Shown here in pieces: positions 39,425 to 48,092 of a stretch of 64,000 bases of DNA. This DNA comes from an uncultured Candidatus Nemicrothrix sp. Its GTDB lineage: Bacteria; Actinomycetota; Acidimicrobiia; Acidimicrobiales; Aldehydirespiratoraceae. The position numbers and the translations under genes were made by a program. The stretch covers positions 212,047 through 276,046 of the forward strand of contig CAZDEB010000003.1 in assembly GCA_964504305.1 (NCBI GenBank), in the 5' to 3' direction. Position 1 is the stretch's first letter; each line of letters begins with the position of its first letter. The notes below the pieces were generated by a model. That model had not been told where the DNA came from. It searched no databases and saw only the letters and a program-made list of their open reading frames with translations.

Positions 39425-39877
39425 ATGACCAAAACCAAAATAGCGGCCGTTGATGGGCTCTTCGCCGAGACCGATGGGGTCGCTCACCTTGTGGGGGCAA
39501 AGGTTCCCGGTCGAGAGTCGTACTTTTTTCCTGCTCACTTGGCCGGCGGCGATCCGGCCGCGGCGGGGGCCGACCTCGAACCGGTTGCGTTGTCGAGTAC
39601 CGGGACGGTTTGGTCCTACACCACCAGCCACTACGCCCCGCCGCCTCCGTTTGTGGCCAACACCGATCCGTACGAACCGATCACGATCGCGGCTGTTCGC
39701 CTCGAGAAGGAGAAGATGGTGGTTTTGGGTCAGTGTGTGCAGGGGGTAACGCCTGATGACCTAAGCGTGGGTATGGAGGTCGAGTTGGTGATCGACACTC
39801 TTTACGAAGACGATGAGCACGAGTACACCGTCTGGAAGTGGCGGCCCGTTGCGGACGGAGGTGGAAGCAATGTCTGA
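39425..39877 (+). CDS. DUF35/ChsH2-like OB-fold protein (thiolase partner), zinc-ribbon cysteines absent
   Basis: LSSTGTVWSYT..HYAPPPP, AAV.LE.E...VLG, L.VGMEVEL; directly upstream of a thiolase-like gene. Confidence 0.85.
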   Translation: MTKTKIAAVDGLFAETDGVAHLVGAKVPGRESYFFPAHLAGGDPAAAGADLEPVALSSTGTVWSYTTSHYAPPPPFVANTDPYEPITIAAVRLEKEKMVVLGQCVQGVTPDDLSVGMEVELVIDTLYEDDEHEYTVWKWRPVADGGGSNV

Positions 39878-39998
39878 GCAAGCAATGTCTGAGCGAGCAA
39901 TGTCTGAGCGAGCAATGTCTGAGCAAGCAATGTCTGAGCGAGCAATGTCTGAGCAAGCAATGTCTGAGCAAGCAATGTCTGAGCAAGCAATGTCTGAG
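39865..39998. repeat. 15-nt VNTR (ATGTCTGAGC[A/G]AGCA x8 plus partial units)
   Basis: Units start at 39870, 39885, 39900, 39915, 39930, 39945, 39960, 39975; partial ATGTCTGAG at 39990; encodes MSE(Q/R)A. Confidence 0.97.
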
Positions 39999-41177
39999 AT
40001 CGCTCTTCTTGGGGTCGGGATGCATCAGTGGGGGAAGTGGGGCCGTAATTTTGTTGATTACGGCACGGCGGCGGCGCGTGACGCGTTGGCTGATGCGTCG
40101 GTGGATTGGAATGATGTCGGGTTTATTTCGGGGGCGATCACGGTGCGTTGTGGCTACCCGGGGTATGTGGCTGGTTCGACTTTCGCCCGTTCGTTGGGGT
40201 TCAACGGGGCGCAGGTGACGTCGAGTTATGCGGCGTGTGCTTCGGGGGCGACGGCGTTGCAGGTGGCTCGGGGCCAGATTCTTTCGGGCGCGACCGATGT
40301 TGCGCTGATTGTTGGTGCTGATACGACGCCGAAGGGTTTTCTCAAACCGCAGGAAGGCGACCGTCCCGACGATGTCGATTGGTTGCGGTTCCGCATGGTT
40401 GGCGCCACCAACCCGGTCTATTTTGGTCTTCAGGCCCGTCGCCGGATGGATCTTTATGGGGCGACGTCGGAGGATTTCGCTCGGGTGAAGGTCAAGAATT
40501 CGCGTCATTCGGTCCATAACCCTCGGGCTCGGTTTACCAAGGAGTACGGGATCGACGATGTTATGAATTCGCCGGTTGTGTCTGACCCGTTGCGACTGCT
40601 CGATATTTGTGCGACTTCTGATGGTGGGGCGGCTCTTGTTGTGTCGTCGATGGAGTACGCCCGTGCTCATGGCCATGTCGACCCGGTTCGGGTTGCCGGG
40701 ATCTCGACGGTCACGCCGACTTACCCCGACACGATGATCGACCTGCCGTACCTCGCTACCGATTCGGCGGGGGCGACCGCGGAGCCCGATCGGGGGTTCA
40801 AGCAGTCGATCGGTGATCGGGTGTACGCCGAGGCCGGTTTGGGGCCCGACGACGTGGATGTTGCCGAGGTCTACGACTTGTCGAGTTCTCTTGAACTTGA
40901 TTGGTATGAGCAGCTCGGGTTTTGTGAGGTTGGTGATGCCGAGAAGCTGTTGCGCGACGGCGTCACGTCGATCGGTGGCCGCTTGCCGGTCAACCCGAGC
41001 GGTGGGTTGGGCGCGTTCGGTGAGGCCGTACCGGCGCAGGCGCTTGCTCAGGTTTGCGAGCTGGCGTGGCAGCTGCGAGGCGAGGCCGGGGCCCGTCAGG
41101 TTGCGGGGGCTCGGGTTGGTATTACCGCCAATCAGGGCCTCTTTGGTCACGGTTCGTCGGTGCTGGTCCGGCGATGA
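39870..41177 (+). CDS. Thiolase-like lipid-transfer protein (SCP-x type, Rv1627c-like)
   Basis: MHQWGKWG, YAACASG, DICATSDGGAA, AEVYDL, VNPSGGL, ANQGLFGHG; nine possible in-frame ATG starts in the VNTR. Confidence 0.9.
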   Translation: MSEQAMSERAMSERAMSEQAMSERAMSEQAMSEQAMSEQAMSEIALLGVGMHQWGKWGRNFVDYGTAAARDALADASVDWNDVGFISGAITVRCGYPGYVAGSTFARSLGFNGAQVTSSYAACASGATALQVARGQILSGATDVALIVGADTTPKGFLKPQEGDRPDDVDWLRFRMVGATNPVYFGLQARRRMDLYGATSEDFARVKVKNSRHSVHNPRARFTKEYGIDDVMNSPVVSDPLRLLDICATSDGGAALVVSSMEYARAHGHVDPVRVAGISTVTPTYPDTMIDLPYLATDSAGATAEPDRGFKQSIGDRVYAEAGLGPDDVDVAEVYDLSSSLELDWYEQLGFCEVGDAEKLLRDGVTSIGGRLPVNPSGGLGAFGEAVPAQALAQVCELAWQLRGEAGARQVAGARVGITANQGLFGHGSSVLVRR

Positions 41178-41941
41178 CAATCCACGAGTCGCTCAGCGAA
41201 ACTGGCGTTCTTGAGCTGGTTATGGATAACCCGAAGGTCAACGCGTTGCCGATCGCCGACACGTTTGCGCTCGCTCAAGCGCTCAACGATGTTCGCAACC
41301 GAAGCGAGGTGCGAGCGGTCGTGCTTACGGCGACGGGCCGGGGTTTCTGTGCCGGTGTCGACATCAAAGAGATGCAGCGGATGCCCGGTCAGGAGGGCAT
41401 CCTCGCAGTAAACCAAGCCTGTTTCGATGCGTTCCGGGCCGTGTATGAGTGCGCCGTTCCTGTTGTGTGTGCCGTAAACGACTTTTGTCTGGGTACCGGC
41501 ATCGGTTTGGCTGGTTCAGCCGATGTGGTGGTGGCGGCCAAGGGTGTTCGGTTCGCTCTGCCAGAGGTTGATAATGGTGCCTTGGGAGCGGCTACCCATT
41601 TGGGCCGTCTTGTGCCCGAGAAACATTTGCGGTGGATGCTTTATAGCTGCGAGCCGGTCTCGGCGGAGCAGCTTCACGACTGGGGGACTGTCCTTCACGT
41701 GGTTGCCTTGGAGGACTTGCTCACCACGGCTCACAGGGTGGCCGACGTTATTGCCGCCAAGTCGCCGCCGGTTATTCGAGCGGCTAAGCGTTCGCTCAAT
41801 GGCATCGAGCCCGACCCGGCGGTTTCGTACCGTTATGAGCAGGGTTTTACGTTCGAACTCAACCTTCAGGGTCATGGCGACGCCGCCCGCGACGCATTTG
41901 TCCGTGGAGATCGGTCATCTAATTCCGCTGCTACCGACTGA
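41174..41941 (+). CDS. echA20: Enoyl-CoA hydratase family (EchA20-like)
   Basis: PKVNAL, GFCAGVDIKE, FCLGTGIGL, LPEVDNGALGAATHL.RLVP, YRYEQGFTFELNL; ATGA overlap with thiolase stop. Confidence 0.75.
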   Translation: MTIHESLSETGVLELVMDNPKVNALPIADTFALAQALNDVRNRSEVRAVVLTATGRGFCAGVDIKEMQRMPGQEGILAVNQACFDAFRAVYECAVPVVCAVNDFCLGTGIGLAGSADVVVAAKGVRFALPEVDNGALGAATHLGRLVPEKHLRWMLYSCEPVSAEQLHDWGTVLHVVALEDLLTTAHRVADVIAAKSPPVIRAAKRSLNGIEPDPAVSYRYEQGFTFELNLQGHGDAARDAFVRGDRSSNSAATD

Positions 41942-41988
41942 CGAACTCGGGGGTCACGACTTGGACCCCGACTGCTCGGCCGGCGGCT

Positions 41989-42255
41989 TTAGTTACCGGA
42001 GATTTGCCGTCCAAATTCTCGCAACCGGGCGACCGCGTCGGTGTCGGCCGGACTGGCACTGTCGGCCAGAGTCTGTTTGATCTCCTTGTACGTGGAGTGA
42101 GCAAGCCCGCAGTCTTTGCATTTCTCGAGGTGTTCGCCGATCTTGGCGGCAAAGTCGGGTTCGACGTCGCCGTCCAAGTAGCTCTGGAGGGCTCGTCCGA
42201 CCTCTCGGCAGTTTGCTTCGGAGCTGAGGCGGCGACGCCAACGTCGGCGGATCAT
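41989..42255 (-). CDS. zf-HC2 anti-sigma factor
   Basis: C.EV...LQSYLDG......I.EHLEKC.DC (HxxxCxxC); coupled to the sigma gene. Confidence 0.85.
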   Translation of the reverse strand: MIRRRWRRRLSSEANCREVGRALQSYLDGDVEPDFAAKIGEHLEKCKDCGLAHSTYKEIKQTLADSASPADTDAVARLREFGRQISGN

Positions 42256-42812
42256 GTTGGTCGTCCGTTCAGGTAGGCGCCACTTTGTTCTAGATGTTTG
42301 CGAATCCGAGTTCGGGCCCGGTGCAATCGGCTCATTACGGTGCCGGTTGGGACCCCCAAGATGTCGGCCGCTTCTTGGTATGACAGGGCCTGTACGTCGA
42401 CCAATTGAACGACCGAGCGGAACTTTTCGGGTAGCGAGTTGAGGGCGTTCTCGACCGCTGCGCTGTAGCCGCGTTCCAGCACTTGGGCTTCGGGGTCGGC
42501 GTCGTCGGAATCTTCGTCGGCGAGGCGATCCATGGTTGCGTCGGGGTCGCGAAGAAGTTCTGGGCGACGTCGTCGGACACGGTTGATCTGAGCATTGCGC
42601 ATGATGGTGAGCAGCCAGGCGCGGGGGTGGCGTCCGTCAAAGCGCAGGATTGCTTTGTAGGCGCGCAACATGGTGTCTTGCACGAGGTCTTCGGCATCGG
42701 TCGGGTTGCGGGTAATCGAACGGGCAACTCGGTAAAGCACTTCGATTTCGGGCACGACGTAACGGTCGAATGCAGCCTGCTGCGTGCTCGAGTCGACTTG
42801 CGGTTCAGCCAT
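42252..42812 (-). CDS. ECF RNA polymerase sigma factor
   Basis: DAEDLVQDTMLRAY, AWLLTIMRN, LSYQEAADILGVPTGTVMSRLHRAR. Confidence 0.93.
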   Translation of the reverse strand: MAEPQVDSSTQQAAFDRYVVPEIEVLYRVARSITRNPTDAEDLVQDTMLRAYKAILRFDGRHPRAWLLTIMRNAQINRVRRRRPELLRDPDATMDRLADEDSDDADPEAQVLERGYSAAVENALNSLPEKFRSVVQLVDVQALSYQEAADILGVPTGTVMSRLHRARTRIRKHLEQSGAYLNGRPT

Positions 42813-42852
42813 CGACGAAATCTAGCAAGGTCTGAGATCTTGATGGGGGTGG

Positions 42853-43071
42853 GTGGGGAATGGCGGCGCAGAACTGCGGGTTTGTGCGCTCATGGGGCAC
42901 ATGCACCGAGCCCGCTGGGGGCATATTCTCGAGTTGTGGATGGATGACGAGCTCGATCCGGCGCGCATCGAACGGGTTCTGCGTCATCTTTCCGAATGCG
43001 CCGACTGCGCGGGCGAAGTCGAGGAGCTGGCTTGTCTTAAGCGGGCGTTGGCGCACGTGACAACTTCGTGA
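42853..43071 (+). CDS. Second zf-HC2-like protein
   Basis: LELWMDDEL...V.RHLSECADC (HxxxCxxC); GTGA overlap with ccdA start. Start uncertain (42853 or 42892). Confidence 0.65.
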   Translation: MGNGGAELRVCALMGHMHRARWGHILELWMDDELDPARIERVLRHLSECADCAGEVEELACLKRALAHVTTS

Positions 43072-43820
43072 CCGGAAATGTCACCCTGTTGGCGGCGTTC
43101 GGCGCTGGGATTGTTTCGTTTCTCTCGCCGTGTGTGTTGCCGATCATTCCCGGTTATCTCTCGCTGGTAACTGGCTTGGAGATCGGCGAACTCGAGAATC
43201 GTGACCGGTCGGCTTTGGCGGGGATTGTTTTCAATACGATCCTCTTTATTGTGGGGTTCGGATCGGTTTTTGTTCTTCTGGGGCTCGGCGCGACCACCGC
43301 CGGCAGTTTGTTGCTTGATCATCAAGGCGTTCTTACCCGCGGCGCTGGGGTCATGTTGTTGACGATGGCGTTGTTTGTGTTGGGTTCGATGTATCTACAA
43401 GCGCCGTGGTTGTACCAAGAAGCGCGTTTCGCCCCAAACCTCTCCCGCTATGGACCATTTGCGGCACCGGTTGCGGGCGTAGCGTTCGGATTCGGCTGGA
43501 CGCCGTGTATCGGACCGGTCCTGACGTCGGTTTTGGCGGTGGCGGCCACCGATGGCCGAGCGAGTAGGGGAGCCCTTCTTTTGGGTGTTTACGCGTTGGG
43601 TCTCGGTCTGCCGTTCATGGTCGCGGGGGTCCTGTTTTCGCGTGTCTCGGGGGCCATGGGTTTCCTGAAACGAAAGATGCGGGCCATCACCTGGATCTCG
43701 GCGCTCTCTTTGGCCTTTTTCGGGATCCTTCTCACGCTTGATCGCCTGAGCTGGTTGACGATCCAGATCCAGCGATTGGCCCGAACTGTTGGACTTGAGT
43801 TCCTTGTCGAACTCGGATGA
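43068..43820 (+). CDS. ccdA: Cytochrome c biogenesis/thiol-disulfide transporter CcdA
   Basis: SFLSPCVLPIIPGY and FGWTPCIGP motifs; YALGLGLPF. Confidence 0.92.
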   Translation: MTGNVTLLAAFGAGIVSFLSPCVLPIIPGYLSLVTGLEIGELENRDRSALAGIVFNTILFIVGFGSVFVLLGLGATTAGSLLLDHQGVLTRGAGVMLLTMALFVLGSMYLQAPWLYQEARFAPNLSRYGPFAAPVAGVAFGFGWTPCIGPVLTSVLAVAATDGRASRGALLLGVYALGLGLPFMVAGVLFSRVSGAMGFLKRKMRAITWISALSLAFFGILLTLDRLSWLTIQIQRLARTVGLEFLVELG

Positions 43821-43835
43821 ACCTGGAGTTACCGG

Positions 43836-44477
43836 ATGAAACAAAAATCACAAACAAGTAGTGGCAAGGGCAAGAAAGCTCAGGCCGAAGCTCGCCGGCT
43901 TGCCGCGCAACGAGCGGCGCGCAAGGCGCGGTTGCAGTGGGCCCTAATCATCGGAATCGGTGTGGCCATTCTCGGTGGGGTTATTGGTGTCTCGGTTTGG
44001 GATGCCCGGACTCGCTCGGGTGATACGACCCGCGAGGCGTGGGATCTTCCTGCTCGCGACAACGATGCCGACGGTGACGGCCGTATCAAGCTTTCGGATT
44101 TCGCCGGGAAACCGACGGTGGTGAACTTTTATGCTGATTGGTGCACCGTCTGCGAAGCGGAGCTGCCCGACTTTGCGACGGTGGCCAACGACTTGGGCGA
44201 CCAAATCAATTTTGTGCATGTGAATACCCAGGAGACTGGTGACTGGAAACGGTTCATGAACCTCGGGACCGGTCACTGGCCAATCGCCAGGGACATAAAC
44301 GGTCAGCAAGGCGGGGGCTCGGGCCTCTATGAGTCGGTGGCACGACCGGCCGGAATCAACGGGATGCCTGTGACGGCGTTCTATGACGCCAACGGCAAGT
44401 GGGTGACCACGACCGGGGTGCGTAACGAGTCGTCGCTTCGGGCGACGATCGCCCAGTCTTTCGGAATCGGTCGCTAA
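43836..44477 (+). CDS. Membrane-anchored TlpA/ResA-like thioredoxin
   Basis: One TM helix, GKPTVVNFYADWCTVC.E.P, GMP.T.F.D. Confidence 0.85.
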   Translation: MKQKSQTSSGKGKKAQAEARRLAAQRAARKARLQWALIIGIGVAILGGVIGVSVWDARTRSGDTTREAWDLPARDNDADGDGRIKLSDFAGKPTVVNFYADWCTVCEAELPDFATVANDLGDQINFVHVNTQETGDWKRFMNLGTGHWPIARDINGQQGGGSGLYESVARPAGINGMPVTAFYDANGKWVTTTGVRNESSLRATIAQSFGIGR

Positions 44478-44509
44478 TCCGGGGAACGCAGGCCGGTACC
44501 GTTGCGGCC

Positions 44510-44893
44510 ATGACCGCGCCATCGTCGCTCTACGAAGTTGTTGGGGGCGATCAGTTCTTTGTCGATCTGGTCGATCGCTTCTACGTTCATGTTGAGCAGC
44601 AACCGTCGCTGCGTGCAATGTACCCAGACGATCTTGACGGACCCAGGCAACGGCTTACTCTGTTCCTGATCCAGTATTGGGGTGGGCCCGGGACTTACAG
44701 CGAGCAGCGCGGTCACCCCCGCTTGCGGATGCGTCACAACCCTTACCAGATTGACTGCTCGGCGCGGGACATGTGGCTTGGTTGTATGAGCGCGGCAGTA
44801 GCGGAGTCGGCGCCGCCAGTTGCAATAGGCGAGGCTCTGCTCGACTATTTTGTCCGTTCGGCCGACTTCATGCGCAACGTGGCCGAACCATAG
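44510..44893 (+). CDS. glbO: Group II truncated haemoglobin
   Basis: LYE.VGG, FY..V, QYWGGPGTYSEQRGHPRLRMRH, W..CM. Confidence 0.9.
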   Translation: MTAPSSLYEVVGGDQFFVDLVDRFYVHVEQQPSLRAMYPDDLDGPRQRLTLFLIQYWGGPGTYSEQRGHPRLRMRHNPYQIDCSARDMWLGCMSAAVAESAPPVAIGEALLDYFVRSADFMRNVAEP

Positions 44894-45071
44894 GCGCAAA
44901 ATGAACCCCTGTAATTTGATCAGGCGCGTATGGGGTTACACTAAGTTCGTTGAGTTTCTAGGGTAGAACGATGCCAAAGTTCTGCCTAAATGCTTGACTC
45001 GCGACCAAATATCTAGTCGTGTGTAACTTACCGGTCCGCGAAAGCCGTGGAACAAGCCAAGGAGAACGAAC

Positions 45072-45347
45072 ATGAACAAGGGCGAACTTGTCGCAGCAAT
45101 GGCCGAAGCGGCCGATGTTAGTCAGAAGGACGCAGGTGCCTGCCTCGACGCGATGTTCGAAACCATCGCCGCGCAGGTAAGTGCTGGCAACGAAGTGTCC
45201 ATCACTGGATGGATGAAGATTGAGAAGGCCAACACATCGGCCCGGGTCGGACGTAACCCGCAGACGGGTGAAGAAATTCAGGTCCCAGCTGGAACTCGCA
45301 CAAAGGTGAGCGCCGGCTCAAAGCTCAAGGCCGCAGGCAAGAGCTGA
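45072..45347 (+). CDS. hup: Histone-like DNA-binding protein HU
   Basis: MNKGELV, ARVGRNPQTGEEI; AAGGAGA RBS. Confidence 0.93.
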   Translation: MNKGELVAAMAEAADVSQKDAGACLDAMFETIAAQVSAGNEVSITGWMKIEKANTSARVGRNPQTGEEIQVPAGTRTKVSAGSKLKAAGKS

Positions 45348-45379
45348 ACCGCTTCGGTGTAGTACGGATTTCGCGATCG

Positions 45380-45404
45380 CGGGGCGGCTTCGGCCGCCCC
45401 GTTT
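45380..45404 (+). terminator. Intrinsic terminator after hup
   Basis: CGGGGCGGC-TTCG-GCCGCCCCG 9-bp stem, UUCG tetraloop, followed by TTT. Confidence 0.75.
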
Positions 45405-45439
45405 CGCGCTAGCAAGCAGGGCTCGCATCGGAGACAACC

Positions 45440-45868
45440 ATGAATCAGCCAAGACCAGCGGAGATATTGCCGCACCGTGATCCGTTTCTATTTGTCGACG
45501 AGATCACCGAGCTCGAGCCCGGTCAGTCGGCCAAAGCGGTCTGGACCTTGACCGGGGACGAGAAATTTTTCGACGGGCATTTCCCGGGCCGTCCGACTCT
45601 CCCCGGAGTTTTGATGTGTGAGGCTATTGCCCAGGTTGGAGCGATAGCTCTTCTGGCCGACGAACGCTACGCCGGCAAGCTGCCGCTGTTCGGTGGCCTC
45701 GACAAAGCCCGCTTTCGACGCCAGGTTGGCCCTGGCGACACGTTGGTGCTCGAGGTCGAGATGGGTCGGCTGTCGGCCCGAGCAGGCAAAGGCGAGGGAC
45801 GAGCGCTGCTGAACGGCGACGTAGCCGTGAGCTGCGAGCTGATGTTTGTGATCGTCGACGCCCAATAG
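45440..45868 (+). CDS. fabZ: 3-hydroxyacyl-ACP dehydratase
   Basis: LPHR.PFLFVD, GHFPGRPTLPGVLMCEAIAQ, RFRR.V.PGD. Confidence 0.93.
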   Translation: MNQPRPAEILPHRDPFLFVDEITELEPGQSAKAVWTLTGDEKFFDGHFPGRPTLPGVLMCEAIAQVGAIALLADERYAGKLPLFGGLDKARFRRQVGPGDTLVLEVEMGRLSARAGKGEGRALLNGDVAVSCELMFVIVDAQ

Positions 45869-45893
45869 CGGGCGAGAGGCGACGCCAGAGCCT

Positions 45894-47072
45894 CTATTCG
45901 GGCGGGCCGATAACGACGGTGCCGTTGTGCCCACCGAAACCTAACGAGTTCGATAGCGACGGACCTGGGGTCCACGGCGCCGGCTGATCGCGCACGATGT
46001 TGACCGGTGGTAGTTCGGGGTCGGGTTCGACGAGGCCGGCCGTAGGTGGGATCAGGTGGTGCTGCATGGCTAGCAGCACCGCTACGGCCTCGATTGCGCC
46101 GGCGCCGCCAAGAGCGTGTCCGGTGATGCCCTTGGTGGACGTTACGAGCGGGCCGTTGTCGGTGCCGAATACTTTGGAGATGGCTTCGGCTTCGGCGGCA
46201 TCGTTTTTGTCGGTTGATGTTCCGTGGGCGTTGATGTGTTTGACGTCGCCGGGCTCGATGCCGGCGTCGTTCATCGCGATCTGCATGCAGTTGACCGCGC
46301 CGACGCCGCCGGGTGCTGGTGCGGTGATGTGGTGGGCGTCGGCGGTGCTGGCCGATCCCATGATCTCGCCGAGGATCGTGGCGCCGCGTTCGATTGCCAT
46401 GTCCCACTCTTCGAGCACCAAGATGCCGCAACCTTCGGCCATGACGAACCCGTCGCGGCCAACGTCGAATGGTCGGCTCACGCCGCTTTTGGAAAGGGCA
46501 GTCATGTTGGAGAACCCAGCGACCGCGGTCGGCGTGAACGGTGCTTCTGAACCGCCCGCCATTACGACGTCGCAACGGCCATCGGCGATCATGCGAGCGC
46601 CGTTACCGATGGCGTGAGTGCCTGCCGCGCAAGCTGTGACAGTATTTTCACATGGACCCTGCCAGCCGTGGCGCATCGAAACGGCGGCCGCGGCGGCGTT
46701 GGGCATCATCATTGGTACGAGGAACGGAGAGACCCGGCGTTCGCCCTTGTTGAGACGAATCTCGATTTGTTCTTCGAGGGTGCCGATGCCGCCGATTCCG
46801 GTGCCGATGAAAGTTCCCCGGCGGGCCGGGTCGGCGGTGAGTTCACCGGCTTGGTCCAGCGCTTCTTCGGCAGCCGCGAGAGCGAATTGGGTGTAGCGGT
46901 CGCTGCGACGAGCATCCTTGGCATTGTCGAAGTAGGGACTGGCGTCCCAATCGTCGATCTTGCGAAAGCCAACCGGCGCTTCGCCTAGCAGACCTTCCCA
47001 AAATTTGTCTTTTCCAATACCGGCAAGGGCGACAACGCCAATGCCGGTAACCGCTACCCGTCGTCCCTGCAT
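45894..47072 (-). CDS. fabF: Beta-ketoacyl-ACP synthase II
   Basis: TACAAG (Cys), INAHGTST (His), KGITGHALG (His), SNSLGFGGHN. Confidence 0.93.
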   Translation of the reverse strand: MQGRRVAVTGIGVVALAGIGKDKFWEGLLGEAPVGFRKIDDWDASPYFDNAKDARRSDRYTQFALAAAEEALDQAGELTADPARRGTFIGTGIGGIGTLEEQIEIRLNKGERRVSPFLVPMMMPNAAAAAVSMRHGWQGPCENTVTACAAGTHAIGNGARMIADGRCDVVMAGGSEAPFTPTAVAGFSNMTALSKSGVSRPFDVGRDGFVMAEGCGILVLEEWDMAIERGATILGEIMGSASTADAHHITAPAPGGVGAVNCMQIAMNDAGIEPGDVKHINAHGTSTDKNDAAEAEAISKVFGTDNGPLVTSTKGITGHALGGAGAIEAVAVLLAMQHHLIPPTAGLVEPDPELPPVNIVRDQPAPWTPGPSLSNSLGFGGHNGTVVIGPPE

Positions 47073-47302
47073 CAGAGCTTGGTGACGACCAACTGGTACG
47101 CCCCGTCGAGCGTGGTCACGCCCTCGAGCTCTTCTTCTTCGACGTTGACGTCAAATTCCTCTTCCAGAGCCATGACCAGTTCGACAAGGTCGAGGCTGTC
47201 GGCGTCGAGGGATTCGAAGGTGGCGTCGGCAACAACCTGTGCCTCTTCGACGGACAAGACGTCGACGACACACTTGCTGAATCGATTCCAGTTGTCACTC
47301 AC
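47072..47302 (-). CDS. acpP: Acyl carrier protein
   Basis: LDADSLDLVELVMALEEEF phosphopantetheine motif; GTG at 47302 after GGAG. Confidence 0.92.
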   Translation of the reverse strand: MSDNWNRFSKCVVDVLSVEEAQVVADATFESLDADSLDLVELVMALEEEFDVNVEEEELEGVTTLDGAYQLVVTKL

Positions 47303-47381
47303 TACATTTCTCCATTGTTTGGGACGGCCACGCGGTTGGTGGACCGTCCGGAAAGTCGTTAATGATGTTCGGTAGGCTAGT

Positions 47382-48092
47382 TCAGCCCATCGAATAGCCA
47401 CCATCTACGGGCAATACGGTACCCGTGATGTAGCCCGCCGCCTCGGACGCCAAGAACTCAATTGCTGCAGCAATTTCGTCGGCTTGGCCCAGCCGCCCGA
47501 TTGGTACCACGCTCAACATTGCCTCTCGTTGGGCTTCGGTGAGGTCCATCAACATGTCGGTCTCGATAGGGCCGGGACAGATCACGTTGGCGGTGATGTT
47601 GCGCGAGGCGAACTCCTTGGCCAGTGACTTGGCCAAGCCGATCAGCCCGGCCTTGGATGCCGCATAGTTGGCTTGTCCGGCCTGTCCACCGAGTCCGACG
47701 ATCGAAGAGATGAATATCATTCGGCCCCAGCGGCCTTTCATCATGGCCTTCGATACTCGTTTGGCGACGCGGAAACCTCCCGTGAGGTTGGCGTCGAGCA
47801 CGTCGACGAAATCGTCATCGCTCATCCGCAGCACGAGACCGTCTTTGGTGATGCCGGCGTTGGATACCAGGACTTCGACCGGTCCGAGCTTTTGTTCGAC
47901 CTCGCTCACCGCAGAATCAACAGAGGCGGTATCGGTGACATCGCAGGTGACAACGAGGATGCCTTCGGCGTTTTCGGCAGAACCGCTCCGTGACGTGACC
48001 GCGACCTGATGGCCGGCGGCCGCGAACCGTTTGGCAGTGGCGAGCCCGATGCCGCGATTGCCGCCCGTTACGAGAACAACGCGGCCGGTCAC
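47382..48092 (-). CDS. fabG: 3-oxoacyl-ACP reductase
   Basis: VTGGNRGIG, NAGITKD, GQANYAASK; GTG start overlapping fabH stop. Confidence 0.93.
   Translation of the reverse strand: MTGRVVLVTGGNRGIGLATAKRFAAAGHQVAVTSRSGSAENAEGILVVTCDVTDTASVDSAVSEVEQKLGPVEVLVSNAGITKDGLVLRMSDDDFVDVLDANLTGGFRVAKRVSKAMMKGRWGRMIFISSIVGLGGQAGQANYAASKAGLIGLAKSLAKEFASRNITANVICPGPIETDMLMDLTEAQREAMLSVVPIGRLGQADEIAAAIEFLASEAAGYITGTVLPVDGGYSMG

Noticed and set aside
39865-39998. CRISPR-like array
   Set aside because: 15-nt units are head-to-tail with no unique spacers and no cas genes; it is a coding VNTR.
39681-41180. Long antisense ORFs (e.g. 39681..41180, 24169..25503, 837..2102, 26468..27817)
   Set aside because: Typical stop-poor shadow frames of high-GC genes; no recognisable domains.
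43068-44477. Additional selenoproteins among the redox genes
   Set aside because: CcdA and TlpA active sites are ordinary Cys codons; no in-frame TGA with homology continuing on both sides.
39400-44500. Apparent G/T-rich codon endings in plus-strand genes (possible skew switch or foreign origin)
   Set aside because: Impression only; similar usage appears at 6600-8400 and I cannot compute GC skew or codon adaptation here.
44894-45071. Possible small RNA in AT-rich gap before hup
   Set aside because: No recognisable RNA motif; several partial -35/-10-like hexamers explain it as a strong promoter region.
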